A stretch of 64,000 nucleotides of DNA from UHGV virus genome UHGV-0210098; one strand, given 5' to 3'. The notes beneath the pieces were generated by a model that was given only the letters and a program-made list of their open reading frames with translations, did no database searches and was not told where the DNA came from. Position 1 is the stretch's first letter, and every line of letters starts with the position of its first letter. The position numbers and the translations under genes were made by a program. This document shows, in pieces, positions 40,201 through 47,877 of the stretch. Source of the stretch: a virus.

Positions 40201-42545
40201 CTGAGAAGATTATCATCGGAAGCGAAAGCAGACAGGATGTATCAATCGGTGCCGCCGTCCCTATCAGTTCTCTTCCTCTCGGGCAATTGCCGTTCCTTCG
40301 TGAACTCGACACACGCAACACAACCGTTGCGAGCATTGACGCGAGCAGTTGCCCACGAATAGAGATAATCAGAGCCGGAAATTCGCCGCTGCAAAACTGC
40401 CTTATTGCAGAAACAGCTCCTATCAGCGTGTTGGAATTGCCCGACACCATGACGGAAATTTCTCTTGTCAATCTTCCCAACCTGTCATATCCCGGCGGTC
40501 TGACTATTGCAGGATTGAGCAATATAACAAAACTCATGATTAGCGGTAGCCCGAAGATTGACGCAATGACAATGATTAAGAACATCGTTGACGAGGCCGG
40601 ACAGATTAAAAGTATCGGACTACGCGATGTGAATATCACGGCCAGCGTTGAAATCCTGCGCTCTTTGAAAGCAACCAATGCCTACGGCCTCGATGAATAC
40701 GGAAACGACATCGCGGCCGATAAGAATGTCGAAGGCGTAGGAAAACAATGCTCCGGCCTTACAGGCCGTTGGATATTGTCAGAACTGATAAAGGATGAGG
40801 ACGAAAACGGAGTAGCCGGTCTTAACAGCCTCAAAGCCTACTTCCCGGCTCTTGACCTCTACAACTCTCAGTTCTCTATCGTGAAATGTTCTGATGTGGT
40901 GGATGCACCGGGTGAGAAATGGGGAAACCTTGACAACCTGACCGGCGCACTGTTCTCAGCCGCCTATAAGCGTTCGGGACATCCATTGCGCATCTTTGAA
41001 AACACTTGGGCGTGCCGTGCAGACTACAACGCAAAGTTGCAACGCCTTGAACTACGCCGATTGAGCCGTGCCAACTTCAATTTCATGCTTGACGGCAGCG
41101 AAATTGACCTTGCAGACGTAGCCGGTGCCGGTTATGACATCATGCACTTACTTGGTCATGGTTGGTATAAAGGCGTGAGCGACTATAAGAACCAAGACAA
41201 ATACTATATATGGTCGAGCTGCGACAATGAACCTCTCTCAACGGCCAACGTGAGAAAGATATACAGCCTCGCAGACCTACTGTATTCCGATAGTCAAGGT
41301 GTATATGTAGATGCAGACACCACAAACGGCATGAATGTCGCAGAACTACTCGGACAAGGTTCTAATGTCAATGTCTACCGTGTGGATGTAGACGGTATGA
41401 AGCAAGTACGTTGGCCGGGCATGAACAATCAGACAATGGGCTGCGTGTTCACAGATGCAGACGGAAAAGTCGTTGGAGTGTTCCAAATGGCCGTAAGCAA
41501 TACGAACTTTGACTTCACAATAGGCAACTACATCTACGAGAAAGTTCCGCAGGGTGCAAAATGGTTCTACTTTACCACGTTCAAAGACCTTGACAATAGC
41601 GAAGTTCATGTTGTAGATAGTGACAGCATCGAAGCAATCGAGCCGGAATGGACGGAGATTAAAACTCCGAAAGCACTCAATGAGCAGATAGAGGACGGTT
41701 CTGTGTTCGGTACATACCCGATTACGATTGACGGCCTCGGTATGCCGCGAAGCATCAGCAGTGGACGCTCACGCAAAGGCACAGGCACATCTACCATAAA
41801 TCCTAATTGGCTTTATGATGACGATGGCAATGCTGTAGAGTTGCCGACCGGCACAATCAACTACTGCATGAAAGATTTCCAAAACCTTGCAAGGCTCAGA
41901 GGCAAGGGGTATCAACTCCAAGACTATGAGCAACACAAGGAAACATCAATCCTGTGGTGGGCTTTGAACGGACACAGCGATGAGCAAAGCATTGTCGGTC
42001 GTGGTCAGCATGACGGCCTCCTCAACCAAGCCGATAATATCGGTATGGCAGACACACAAAGTAGTAGTAACATTTGGAATTCAATACTCGGCATTAAAGG
42101 TTATGTCGGATGTGACTCAGAATGGTTAGACAACCTTGCGCTTAATGTAACCTCATTCAAAGAGTTCTTCAAAAACAAAGGCGTTGAGGTGTCGTCATTC
42201 CCTCTTGACGGAGTTGCACACATATTCAATCCTATCACAGGAGAAGAACGTACCGTGCAATGTCTGACAACCGGCGGAGGAAACTGTATCGTTCGCCTTG
42301 TGCATGGTGCCAAGTGTGATATATTACCGTCACGAACAATCGGCGACACAAGCCAATACATTGTGGCATTTTGCGCCGGTTGGTGGTACACACATTCGCG
42401 CAGCCGCGTGGTTTTGCGGTCGGGCGGCGGTTCGAGTGCGTTTAGCGGCCTCGCTTGTGCGAGTGCGAATCACGCTTGCTCGTACTCGTACGCGAGCTTC
42501 GGCGCGCGTCTGGCCTTCCGTGGGCGACTAATCGTTCTCTCGTAG
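34209..42545 (+). CDS. Giant tail fibre / receptor-binding protein (2778 aa) and DGR target, with an LRR-like region and a C-terminal variable region
   Basis: The N-terminus MSSIPTKQIDGDVAVGRNVSAGGDANVQGNARIGHDLVVEGWLEAKNIKG is a conserved phage tail-fibre N-terminal fold, followed by a coiled coil. A leucine-rich-repeat-like segment lies at about 40100-40720 (LxxLxLxxN-type repeats). The last roughly 40 codons are the DGR VR. Confidence 0.8.
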   Translation: MSSIPTKQIDGDVAVGRNVSAGGDANVQGNARIGHDLVVEGWLEAKNIKGVNKGLFATVAALREAYPQPHDGWFAGVSASDKDIADLGLTVQQGKALFRMYVGSGGDWVCEPIDKLYEIVVDNEQVDNLRDELSTLRGQHENLEKRVDAHDTEISGIKTQQTTLGNSINTNTGNIATLKVRVDGHDTSISKNAAAIKAITDSIGAPNGIAPIDENGHIPTRFIPGAMDDVKEFDGFVEVSTINAASLTGEVLVMFNTTSRTFVACAKNTIPPQYANNWIGAENYGDFSINGRMPQDDKVYVDRSTNKTYRWSGSRMAVIGTDLALGETENTAYPGNKGKANAENIALLKKAFSITTFVNINELFESTGSMTFTDVVTLLDSVTEVIKPGSVVTYLDTENGWKSLQFIGNDPDNGIGFDENWKAFGNGSSVGNCYNVTAARLANGDELPTNPPTYDTKQSAIEYAIAKGAVSIGVQITFAASSKGWRTFQYIGLSEDADSYSNLDNWLDVAGQSAGEETILNINELCKEQTGSSEYSLLSAVAALLKLCESKGIDYFKDGLVITYCVNAGEHVWEAKQLLDKASADNSEAWKDFGGGGNDLEANDVPTEGGKDAFSTGGAYERMIVDFEESFSEDGNSKTYQPVNAKRKPIGSPITVPLGGGGGSTDATSFAVRFESQTIYGAAGGKIIGRFAARSVTRMGEEEVVNNITEISVSDANTGVLLKTEILTNERSSASLQDFKFSVDFTDWFDGAGQRSFIVAVKDQESNVRRVDVSVNCVDVTVEISKALNECRISTGAGMTTLNSFYIFPRNTLGGAGGGIDAIIEILWDGEWKELGRANIQKTFSQDISINPTNVLGGGEKMQHGSYLLRIHGYAPQAKVTGNYVYTSIMCIDSSKSTEPIVSIRYDANTYDEELNGTVALYDTAILQVAAYTAASISGNTQVSVKANGETIQTFNAASSSTYQVKYQIQGYTNGDNIEFVAEGTWTEANGKKHRGQSHTINVTVDGSAIDVQLKGGAAFAYDFALRTNADVDKTIKDNNVTMSVTGANWRTNGFVQYLGQNSLRIAENMKATIPYYPYSKQTNESAGNAVQFSFATDNIKDKDALLMHCYDPATGTGFYVKGNVAGIYCSKGVKHQRQERKFRSKEQITMAVVVEPASRAYERGNEKYSTIKMYLNGEEVACLGYIPGQNAISQNKPIMFDGTQGDLYLYYIMAYESYYEWSQAFNNYLAKQTNVTAMMAEFESEDVLDTLNRPSLDKLKAKGMPYYVVVAPQKVFDEFDSDTNTSTKFTCTLFYFNPQHPELNFMATNVQWRRQGTTSAKRPIKNDRFYLNKPVNKADKIVITLLNPNEDTELGRKAIALAAKNYVLVQPNAIPVQIITVKVDFSDSSNANDCGVCDMMNNTFKAMGSAYQTPAQRAYDGTFTKGDLHIEGCQMDHSTKNHPIAAFRATNEQLTDAWFHAKGNWKEDKGEQLALGFKDTPGYNKGCLNYGDFIEFFGNRNETLSQIEARFKTTDGLDTDSIYLLSQYCGRDYLIMRHNGTAWQRSTGSMKQVGGKWVVTGDVLNPVTGFELLSYQGFCWWKGVSSVDDMMKMEADKSSWVQKLVNSGDVSADTFPKWTQYFECMVDDDQLQIDLAYGRKVPYELYRMLRFCHDCDMIASVEGKENRWQIIENTTKMANWRNNLWQYVSPQSLYAYTLFTDYLAATDQRAKNMQPMWFLEDGQSVTNGVYSAEHAVRMYLNKVYDCDTCNGKDNDGGCTVDPEADPNRMTDDNYVNPYAGYGSILFNNVAIVPTVYLDATHSGSQQLSLGTVAAAMRSAKTNVDGVDMVPFSPEGAQYFFVEKRLKFWKKLISSFDGERKYIESVGTSDDIYFYALQGLGLTALPQFIEQRWRIRDGYYQTGQFFSGVLSGRTSCASSNARIRIVAAMTGYFGVGHDASGQLDEVVFLEAGQEHYFTKFSHTEYALLYIYQADRIKEIDLSEISLDSSFNFQVMKLAEKIIIGSESRQDVSIGAAVPISSLPLGQLPFLRELDTRNTTVASIDASSCPRIEIIRAGNSPLQNCLIAETAPISVLELPDTMTEISLVNLPNLSYPGGLTIAGLSNITKLMISGSPKIDAMTMIKNIVDEAGQIKSIGLRDVNITASVEILRSLKATNAYGLDEYGNDIAADKNVEGVGKQCSGLTGRWILSELIKDEDENGVAGLNSLKAYFPALDLYNSQFSIVKCSDVVDAPGEKWGNLDNLTGALFSAAYKRSGHPLRIFENTWACRADYNAKLQRLELRRLSRANFNFMLDGSEIDLADVAGAGYDIMHLLGHGWYKGVSDYKNQDKYYIWSSCDNEPLSTANVRKIYSLADLLYSDSQGVYVDADTTNGMNVAELLGQGSNVNVYRVDVDGMKQVRWPGMNNQTMGCVFTDADGKVVGVFQMAVSNTNFDFTIGNYIYEKVPQGAKWFYFTTFKDLDNSEVHVVDSDSIEAIEPEWTEIKTPKALNEQIEDGSVFGTYPITIDGLGMPRSISSGRSRKGTGTSTINPNWLYDDDGNAVELPTGTINYCMKDFQNLARLRGKGYQLQDYEQHKETSILWWALNGHSDEQSIVGRGQHDGLLNQADNIGMADTQSSSNIWNSILGIKGYVGCDSEWLDNLALNVTSFKEFFKNKGVEVSSFPLDGVAHIFNPITGEERTVQCLTTGGGNCIVRLVHGAKCDILPSRTIGDTSQYIVAFCAGWWYTHSRSRVVLRSGGGSSAFSGLACASANHACSYSYASFGARLAFRGRLIVLS
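42399..42515 (+). other. DGR variable repeat (VR) at the 3' end of the tail-fibre gene
   Basis: A 117 nt alignment to the TR shows about 21 mismatches, every one at a TR adenine (for example TR aacaat to VR ggcggt, aatgcgaat to agtgcgttt). A 25 nt stretch at the start is identical (cagccgcgtggttttgcggtcgggc). Confidence 0.9.
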
Positions 42546-42576
42546 CACGACTGCTCGCCACTCGTCCTTTTCGTTT

Positions 42577-42612
42577 GGTGCAGAGCCGTGGGTTTATCCC
42601 CGGCTGCTGCAC
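42577..42612 (+). other. GC-rich hairpin/cruciform downstream of the VR (GGTGCAG...CTGCACC)
   Basis: A 7 bp outer stem at 42577-42583 / 42606-42612 with inner partial pairing. It lies 32 nt past the tail-fibre stop. DGRs commonly carry a hairpin downstream of the VR/IMH. Confidence 0.4.
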
Positions 42613-42621
42613 CTTATTTTT

Positions 42622-42640
42622 CTCGCGAAGCGAGTTTTTT
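42622..42640 (+). terminator. Rho-independent terminator-like hairpin CTCGCgaaGCGAG followed by T6
   Basis: Read directly: perfect 5 bp stem, 3 nt loop, TTTTTT. Confidence 0.5.
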
Positions 42641-42724
42641 ATATTTGTTTCATACGGCAATATGCTGATTTTTCATGATATTTTAGTAATTTTGCAGCGG
42701 ATTTACTCCAAGGCGGAAAACCCT

Positions 42725-42841
42725 CACAGCCGCGTGGTTTTGCGGTCGGGCAACAATTCGAATGCGAATAGCGGCCTCGCTTATGCGAATGCGAATAACG
42801 CTTGCTCGAACTCGAACACGAACTACGGCGCGCGTCTGAAC
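42725..42841 (+). other. DGR template repeat (TR), AAC/AAT-rich
   Basis: Non-coding copy of the VR. In the VR frame it would read NNSNANSGLAYANANNACSNSNTNYGARL, the classic Asn-codon-rich template. Every TR/VR difference maps to a TR adenine. Confidence 0.9.
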
Positions 42842-43046
42842 TTACTAAGGTTAAAATCGTGTGACCCTGCACGGCAACGAGATTGCCAAAGCACTCCTCG
42901 AAGGGTTTGAGCCTCGGCAACAGCAATTCTTTTCCAATCTTGAAAACATTGGAGAGTTTTGGAAAGCCGAAAAATGACGATAACCTTAATGTGGGGTGTC
43001 GCTACGGCGACCCCCACGGGACCGGAAGGCCATTAAACAATTGACA

Positions 43047-44486
43047 ATGGACGCAGTAACTGCCCATAACATCAAATATGATTTGATACCGCAGGAATGC
43101 TCCAATCTTCCTGCGGCGTTGAAACGTGCAGGTTTCCCAATCAGCAACATATTAGACGAGATAACCTCGGACGAGAATTTGTCTGAGGGTTTTGATTATG
43201 TAATCAGTCATTTGGAAACCGCACAACAACGCGAAAAGTATTACTCTAAACTTGACCCTGCAAAAGGGCAACGCGACAAGCGACAACTCCTTGCCCGACT
43301 AAAAAAAGAACTCCAAGACGGTACATTTAGAATACGCCCGGAGAACATCAGAGAAATGATTGTCGATGATGGCCCAAAGGTGCGGATTGTTCAAGCTCCG
43401 AGAGTATATCACCGTATCGGATGCCATGTGATAATGGTAGTCGTGGAGAAGTATGTTAATCCCACTCTCATCACGAACACAGCCGCAAGTATCAAAGGCC
43501 GTGGTATGCACTGGCTATTTCATCGCATAGTAGATGATTACAATGCCGTGCCGGAGTTGATGCAGGATTATTATCAGAACGACATACAAGGCTATTACGA
43601 CAATATCGAGCAAGAGGGAATGAAATCCGTTATAAGGCTGTATATTGCAGACCTTGTTGTGTTGGGCTTCCTTGATAACTTCATCACTTTAATGCCGAGA
43701 GGACTGTCAAAAGGCTTGCGGTCAAGTCAATGTTTCGCCAACCTCTATTTGTCGCCGGTTGACCATGTGATGTGCTGCCATGTTCCTAAATATATAGCAG
43801 AGGACGGCGAGGTTAGGTATCTTTACCAAAGATATATGGACGATGCGGCCATGTGGGGAGCAGAGAAAAGGCAACTATGGAAACTGCGCGACATATACCA
43901 TTCGGAAGTTGCCAAATTGGGGTTGACCGTAAAGAATACCGAAGCGATAAGACCGATAACCGAGGGGATAGATTACCTCGGTTTCGTTTTTTATGGTACT
44001 CATTCAAGACTGAGAAAGCGTACAAAGAAAAAGGCCGCTCGTCATTTGTCGGAGGTAAAATCACGCAAACGGCGGCAAGAACTTATCGGCTCATTCAAGG
44101 GCATGGCCTGTCATGCCGATTGCAAGCATTTGTATTATAAACTAACACATAAATATATGAAGAAATTCGGAGAGTTAGGCATAGCCTATAAGCCGGAGGA
44201 CGGTAAGAAGCGTTTTCCCGGTAAGGTAGTACCTATCCGCAGTATCGCGAACAGACCTATCGAGATACACGATTATGAAGCAGACCTCACCACGGCACAC
44301 GGAGAGGGACGCTACCTTGTCAGCTTCAGAAACGTGGACGATGGCATATTCAATAAGTTCTTCACTGCAAGTAAGGAAATGCAGAATATCCTTGACAAAA
44401 TCAGCGACTTGGAGGACGGATTTCCGTTTGAAACCACAATAGTCATGGACTACTATGACGGAAAGACAATACCCAAGTTCACATGA
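43047..44486 (+). CDS. DGR reverse transcriptase
   Basis: RT motifs are present: LSKGLRSSQCFANLYLSPVDH (motifs 3/4 region), YQRYMDDAAMWG (YxDD catalytic motif 5) and GIDYLGFVFYG (motif 7). It lies immediately downstream of the TR. The ORF track begins at a GTG at 42996; the ATG at 43047 is preferred. Confidence 0.85.
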   Translation: MDAVTAHNIKYDLIPQECSNLPAALKRAGFPISNILDEITSDENLSEGFDYVISHLETAQQREKYYSKLDPAKGQRDKRQLLARLKKELQDGTFRIRPENIREMIVDDGPKVRIVQAPRVYHRIGCHVIMVVVEKYVNPTLITNTAASIKGRGMHWLFHRIVDDYNAVPELMQDYYQNDIQGYYDNIEQEGMKSVIRLYIADLVVLGFLDNFITLMPRGLSKGLRSSQCFANLYLSPVDHVMCCHVPKYIAEDGEVRYLYQRYMDDAAMWGAEKRQLWKLRDIYHSEVAKLGLTVKNTEAIRPITEGIDYLGFVFYGTHSRLRKRTKKKAARHLSEVKSRKRRQELIGSFKGMACHADCKHLYYKLTHKYMKKFGELGIAYKPEDGKKRFPGKVVPIRSIANRPIEIHDYEADLTTAHGEGRYLVSFRNVDDGIFNKFFTASKEMQNILDKISDLEDGFPFETTIVMDYYDGKTIPKFT

Positions 44487-44539
44487 TAGTCAAAAGATAA
44501 AGAAGCGGTAACGCATATAGGTAGTAACTTTGCCGTACT

Positions 44540-45013
44540 ATGAACAAGGTATATGGCACATCAGTACGGCAGGACGGCTTACAACAGGTAGGCCGCAGGA
44601 CTTTTACGCTCTTTTACGGACTATACACCGATGAGCGCGGCGGCACTTATGAATATCGCCACATCTTCGACCATAAACCCACATGGGAAGAAGTTAAGGC
44701 CGTGTTAGTTGAGGCCATCAATGAGCATACACATGAGACTATCATCAATGGCTTTATATGGAACGGACTACGTATATGGCTCTCTGACGAAAACCAACGC
44801 AACTTTATGATGATAGAGAAACTCACAAACGAGTCTTATCCTCTTAAAGTCAAAATCAACGAGGACGCAGACGGCCAGCCAATCTATTACACCTTTGTGA
44901 GCGAAGAAGAGTTTGCCGCTTTCAGCAAACTTGGTTCACAGCACGTTATTGACACATGGGCTGCAGGTTGGAAAGAAAAGGACAACCTCGACCCAAAGAC
45001 ATTCGGATGTTAG
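44540..45013 (+). CDS. Hypothetical protein (157 aa) in a single-gene cassette flanked by 15 bp direct repeats
   Basis: Clean ORF with its own downstream terminator. TCAAAAGATAAAGA(A/G) occurs at 44490-44504 and 45076-45090 on either side. Confidence 0.5.
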   Translation: MNKVYGTSVRQDGLQQVGRRTFTLFYGLYTDERGGTYEYRHIFDHKPTWEEVKAVLVEAINEHTHETIINGFIWNGLRIWLSDENQRNFMMIEKLTNESYPLKVKINEDADGQPIYYTFVSEEEFAAFSKLGSQHVIDTWAAGWKEKDNLDPKTFGC

Positions 45014-45040
45014 ATTAGACCACATATATACATGAAAAAG

Positions 45041-45070
45041 AACGCTCGACCGTGAGGCCGGGCGTTTTTT
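45041..45070 (+). terminator. Terminator-like imperfect GC stem (AACGC...GCGTT) followed by T6
   Basis: aacgctcgaccgtgaggccgggcgtttttt, read directly. The stem is imperfect. Confidence 0.35.
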
Positions 45071-45145
45071 GTAACTCAAAAGATAAAGAGAAGCAACGAC
45101 AAGTACAGGCTACCTTTGCATCAAACTCAAAAATTTATATACAAT

Positions 45146-45409
45146 ATGAAGATAGCAAAAGACAAAATGCAGCACATTATCGTCTGCGCAATCGTGGCGG
45201 TAGTTATCGCCTTAGTAGTAGCCTACACCTGTGCGCTTCCGTTACCGTCCTGCGTGGCAGGTTTTTTAGGAGCAACGGCGTGTGGTTTGGGTAAGGAATA
45301 CGGCGACAGCAAGGCGCACGGAAACACTTGGAGTTGGCCGGACATCGCCGCAGACATGGCCGGAGCAGCCATTGGATGCCTTGCAGGTTTTGTAGCACCC
45401 TTAATCTAA
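45146..45409 (+). CDS. Small membrane protein, holin candidate
   Basis: MKIAKDKMQHIIVCAIVAVVIALVVAYTCALPLP gives one or two transmembrane segments. It is the first gene of the lysis cassette upstream of the amidase. Confidence 0.4.
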   Translation: MKIAKDKMQHIIVCAIVAVVIALVVAYTCALPLPSCVAGFLGATACGLGKEYGDSKAHGNTWSWPDIAADMAGAAIGCLAGFVAPLI

Positions 45410-45418
45410 TCAGACGGC

Positions 45419-45895
45419 ATGAACGAAACCAACAATCTTTTCTCGGCTACAATGGCCGCATTAGGGATGGCACTTTCCGGGTTCTACGGGCACCTTGCCC
45501 CTTGGCTCATGCTTGGCATGGTGTTGGTGATGGTAGACCTCCGTTTCGGCCTCCTCGCGGCCAAAGCTCGTAAAGAGGACATCCGTCCCTCGCGAGCATG
45601 GCGCAGGACGTTCAATAAGATGGTGGATTACCTCTGTTGGGTTACACTCGCTGAGGTATGCAGTAGGACTTTCGGAATAACAATCGGTGCGCCGGTTGTG
45701 AGTATGGCCATGCTGTTTATTATCTACGGCATTGAATTGAACTCATGCGTCAATAATTACCTTGAGTACAAGGGTATCAAAAAAAAGTGGAACTTCTTCA
45801 AACTTGTAGGCAAGGAAAATTTGCTTGAAGATAGCAACACAGAGTCAGAAACTGACAAATCCAATGACAATGGGAAAAATAAAAGTCTTGATTGA
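45419..45895 (+). CDS. Membrane protein (158 aa, multi-TM), holin or lysis-associated candidate
   Basis: Hydrophobic segments MAALGMALSGFYGHLAPWLMLGMVLVMV and ITIGAPVVSMAMLFIIYGI. It is adjacent to the endolysin. Confidence 0.4.
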   Translation: MNETNNLFSATMAALGMALSGFYGHLAPWLMLGMVLVMVDLRFGLLAAKARKEDIRPSRAWRRTFNKMVDYLCWVTLAEVCSRTFGITIGAPVVSMAMLFIIYGIELNSCVNNYLEYKGIKKKWNFFKLVGKENLLEDSNTESETDKSNDNGKNKSLD

Positions 45896-46472
45896 CAACG
45901 GCCACGGCGAGGACACGCCCGGGAAATGCAGCCCCGACAAGCGGCTGAAAGAATACCGCTATTGCCGTGAGATAGCACAGCGCGTCAGCAGAGAGTTGTC
46001 GCTCCGTGGTATAGACGCATTACTCCTTACGCCGGAAACCACCGACACACCACTCAAAGAACGTGTGCGTAAAGCCAACGCATGGGCGCGCAAACTCGGT
46101 TCAAAGAATGTGGTGCTTGTGTCGATACACAACAATGCCGCCGGCTCAGATGGCCAATGGTATACGGCCTCCGGCTTCTCTGTATTCATCAGCAAGAACG
46201 CATCGGCCAACTCCAAACGCCTGGCACAAATCTTCACAGAGAACGCCACGGCAATGGGACTTATGGGCAACCGCAGTGTTCCTGCCGAAAAGTATTGGGT
46301 TCAATCGCTTGCCATGACACGCGACACTATTTGCCCGGCAGTGCTCACAGAGAACCTTTTCCAAGACAATGAGGAGGAGGTGAAATTTCTGCTTTCGGAG
46401 GATGGAAAGAAAGCCATTACAAACTTGCACGTTAATTCAATCATTCAATACATCAACAGTATTAAGTCATGA
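45864..46472 (+). CDS. N-acetylmuramoyl-L-alanine amidase (Amidase_3 family) endolysin
   Basis: KVLIDNGHGEDTPG, VSIHNNAA and TENLFQDN are the conserved Amidase_3 Zn-ligand and catalytic regions. The start was taken at the ATG at 45864 (MTMGKIKV). Confidence 0.8.
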   Translation: MTMGKIKVLIDNGHGEDTPGKCSPDKRLKEYRYCREIAQRVSRELSLRGIDALLLTPETTDTPLKERVRKANAWARKLGSKNVVLVSIHNNAAGSDGQWYTASGFSVFISKNASANSKRLAQIFTENATAMGLMGNRSVPAEKYWVQSLAMTRDTICPAVLTENLFQDNEEEVKFLLSEDGKKAITNLHVNSIIQYINSIKS

Positions 46473-46714
46473 ACAGAGAAGAAGAAATTGTTGCTAACAA
46501 GCAACTGAGAAAGGACATTGACGAGATTATCCAAAGAGTTAAGGAATTGCCTGCTTCGCGTGAGCGTAGTCTTTCCATCACCAAACTACAAGAGGGCGTT
46601 ATGTGGCTTGGTATGGATTTGAAACGACTTAACAGCGACAATCCCTATCCTTCAAGTAAAGACCCCTCTACAGGTTCAAAGATTGAACCAACTGCAGACG
46701 GTCTCAAACTCTAA
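46469..46714 (+). CDS. Hypothetical small protein (81 aa)
   Basis: ORF overlapping the amidase stop by 4 nt. It is helical and charged. Confidence 0.35.
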   Translation: MNREEEIVANKQLRKDIDEIIQRVKELPASRERSLSITKLQEGVMWLGMDLKRLNSDNPYPSSKDPSTGSKIEPTADGLKL

Positions 46715-46726
46715 AAATCAATCGTC

Positions 46727-47329
46727 ATGAAAGCAAAACATTATGTGCTTGCAGCCCTTGCAGGACTTGTAACATTCTTTGTCGGTTACTTCATCGGCAA
46801 AGACCGCACGGAGAAGCCTCCCGGAACCGTTGTGGAAACAAAAGAAACGACCGTGGACACCATACCGTACCGCGCACCGATGCCGCAGTCGGAGTTGGCG
46901 TTAGGCACACACCTTTATACTCTGCCGACTTATCGTTTCATCGGTGGAGGGTCAGGAGGCGAGCCGCGACCACGTGGGGACAATGACATCATTCGTGAGG
47001 ATACCATTCATGCAGGCACCATCAAGACTTTGCCATATGGCACCGGCGCAGGGGGTGAACCTCGATGTTGCGAGGACAGTACAATCGTAGAACTTCCCGT
47101 TGTTCAACGCCACTATGCCGACAGTACATACGAGGCATGGGTAAGTGGACCGATAGACCCACGGCTCGACAGCGTGAGAGTATTCGCACCAACAACCATC
47201 ATCACCAAAAGGGAATGGAAGCCTCCCAAACGATGGCATATAGGAATAACCGCCGGATATGGCTACGGTTCAAAAGGCTTTCAGCCGTATGTCGGTGTCG
47301 GTATTACTTATTCTATATTCAGTTTTTAA
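46727..47329 (+). CDS. Hypothetical membrane-anchored protein (200 aa), spanin-like candidate
   Basis: N-terminal transmembrane anchor VLAALAGLVTFFVGYFIG. The protein is Gly/Pro-rich with a C-terminal hydrophobic GITAGYGYGSKGFQPYVGVGITYSIFSF. It lies just after the lysis genes. Confidence 0.35.
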   Translation: MKAKHYVLAALAGLVTFFVGYFIGKDRTEKPPGTVVETKETTVDTIPYRAPMPQSELALGTHLYTLPTYRFIGGGSGGEPRPRGDNDIIREDTIHAGTIKTLPYGTGAGGEPRCCEDSTIVELPVVQRHYADSTYEAWVSGPIDPRLDSVRVFAPTTIITKREWKPPKRWHIGITAGYGYGSKGFQPYVGVGITYSIFSF

Positions 47330-47330
47330 T

Positions 47331-47858
47331 ATGGAGATAACACTATCAATCAATAAGGACGATGTGATGCAGGAAATCGCCGTTACCACGGCCTACACAG
47401 GTGGGAAGATGGACAATGACGAGAACGCCCTGCACCGCATATCAACAGTAGACGAGGACGAGAACCACCTTGAAAGATTTTGGGAGGAAAGCCGAGCCGA
47501 CATCTGCCAAGAACTTATCGGCCTTGTAACTTTTGAGGGCATGGTAAACGGCATCATCATAAAGCCGAATGACCCGGAAATTCCGATACAACCCAGCCCC
47601 AATGCTTTGCCCCCAATCGTGAAACCGCATTATGAGTTGAGACTTGATGTGTCAAAGTCCTTTGATGAGGCATTACTGCCAAGCATGAAACTCAGCCTCC
47701 GCAGTTTCTTTGTGCATAACATAGTGGCCAAGTGGTATGTCTATACGAACAAAACTGAAGCCGGTGACTATGCAGACAAGGCGGCCACGCTGCTTGACGA
47801 CATACACCGCAAGGCCGTATATAAGAAAAAGCCGACACGCCCCACCTACGATGACTAA
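47331..47858 (+). CDS. Paralog 1 of a three-gene tandem family (175 aa), function unknown
   Basis: It shares AKWYVYTNK...AVYKKKPTRPTYDD with the next two genes. Confidence 0.5.
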   Translation: MEITLSINKDDVMQEIAVTTAYTGGKMDNDENALHRISTVDEDENHLERFWEESRADICQELIGLVTFEGMVNGIIIKPNDPEIPIQPSPNALPPIVKPHYELRLDVSKSFDEALLPSMKLSLRSFFVHNIVAKWYVYTNKTEAGDYADKAATLLDDIHRKAVYKKKPTRPTYDD

Positions 47859-47877
47859 TTTATAAACTTACATCACA

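Noticed and set aside
42455-42910. 151 aa ORF spanning the DGR template repeat
   Set aside because: Its N/S/A-rich low-complexity peptide is simply the in-frame reading of the AAC-rich TR. The TR is expected to be non-coding.
42996-43046. GTG start at 42996 for the reverse transcriptase
   Set aside because: It would place a GC hairpin inside the first codons. The ATG at 43047 (MDAVTAHN) is preferred.
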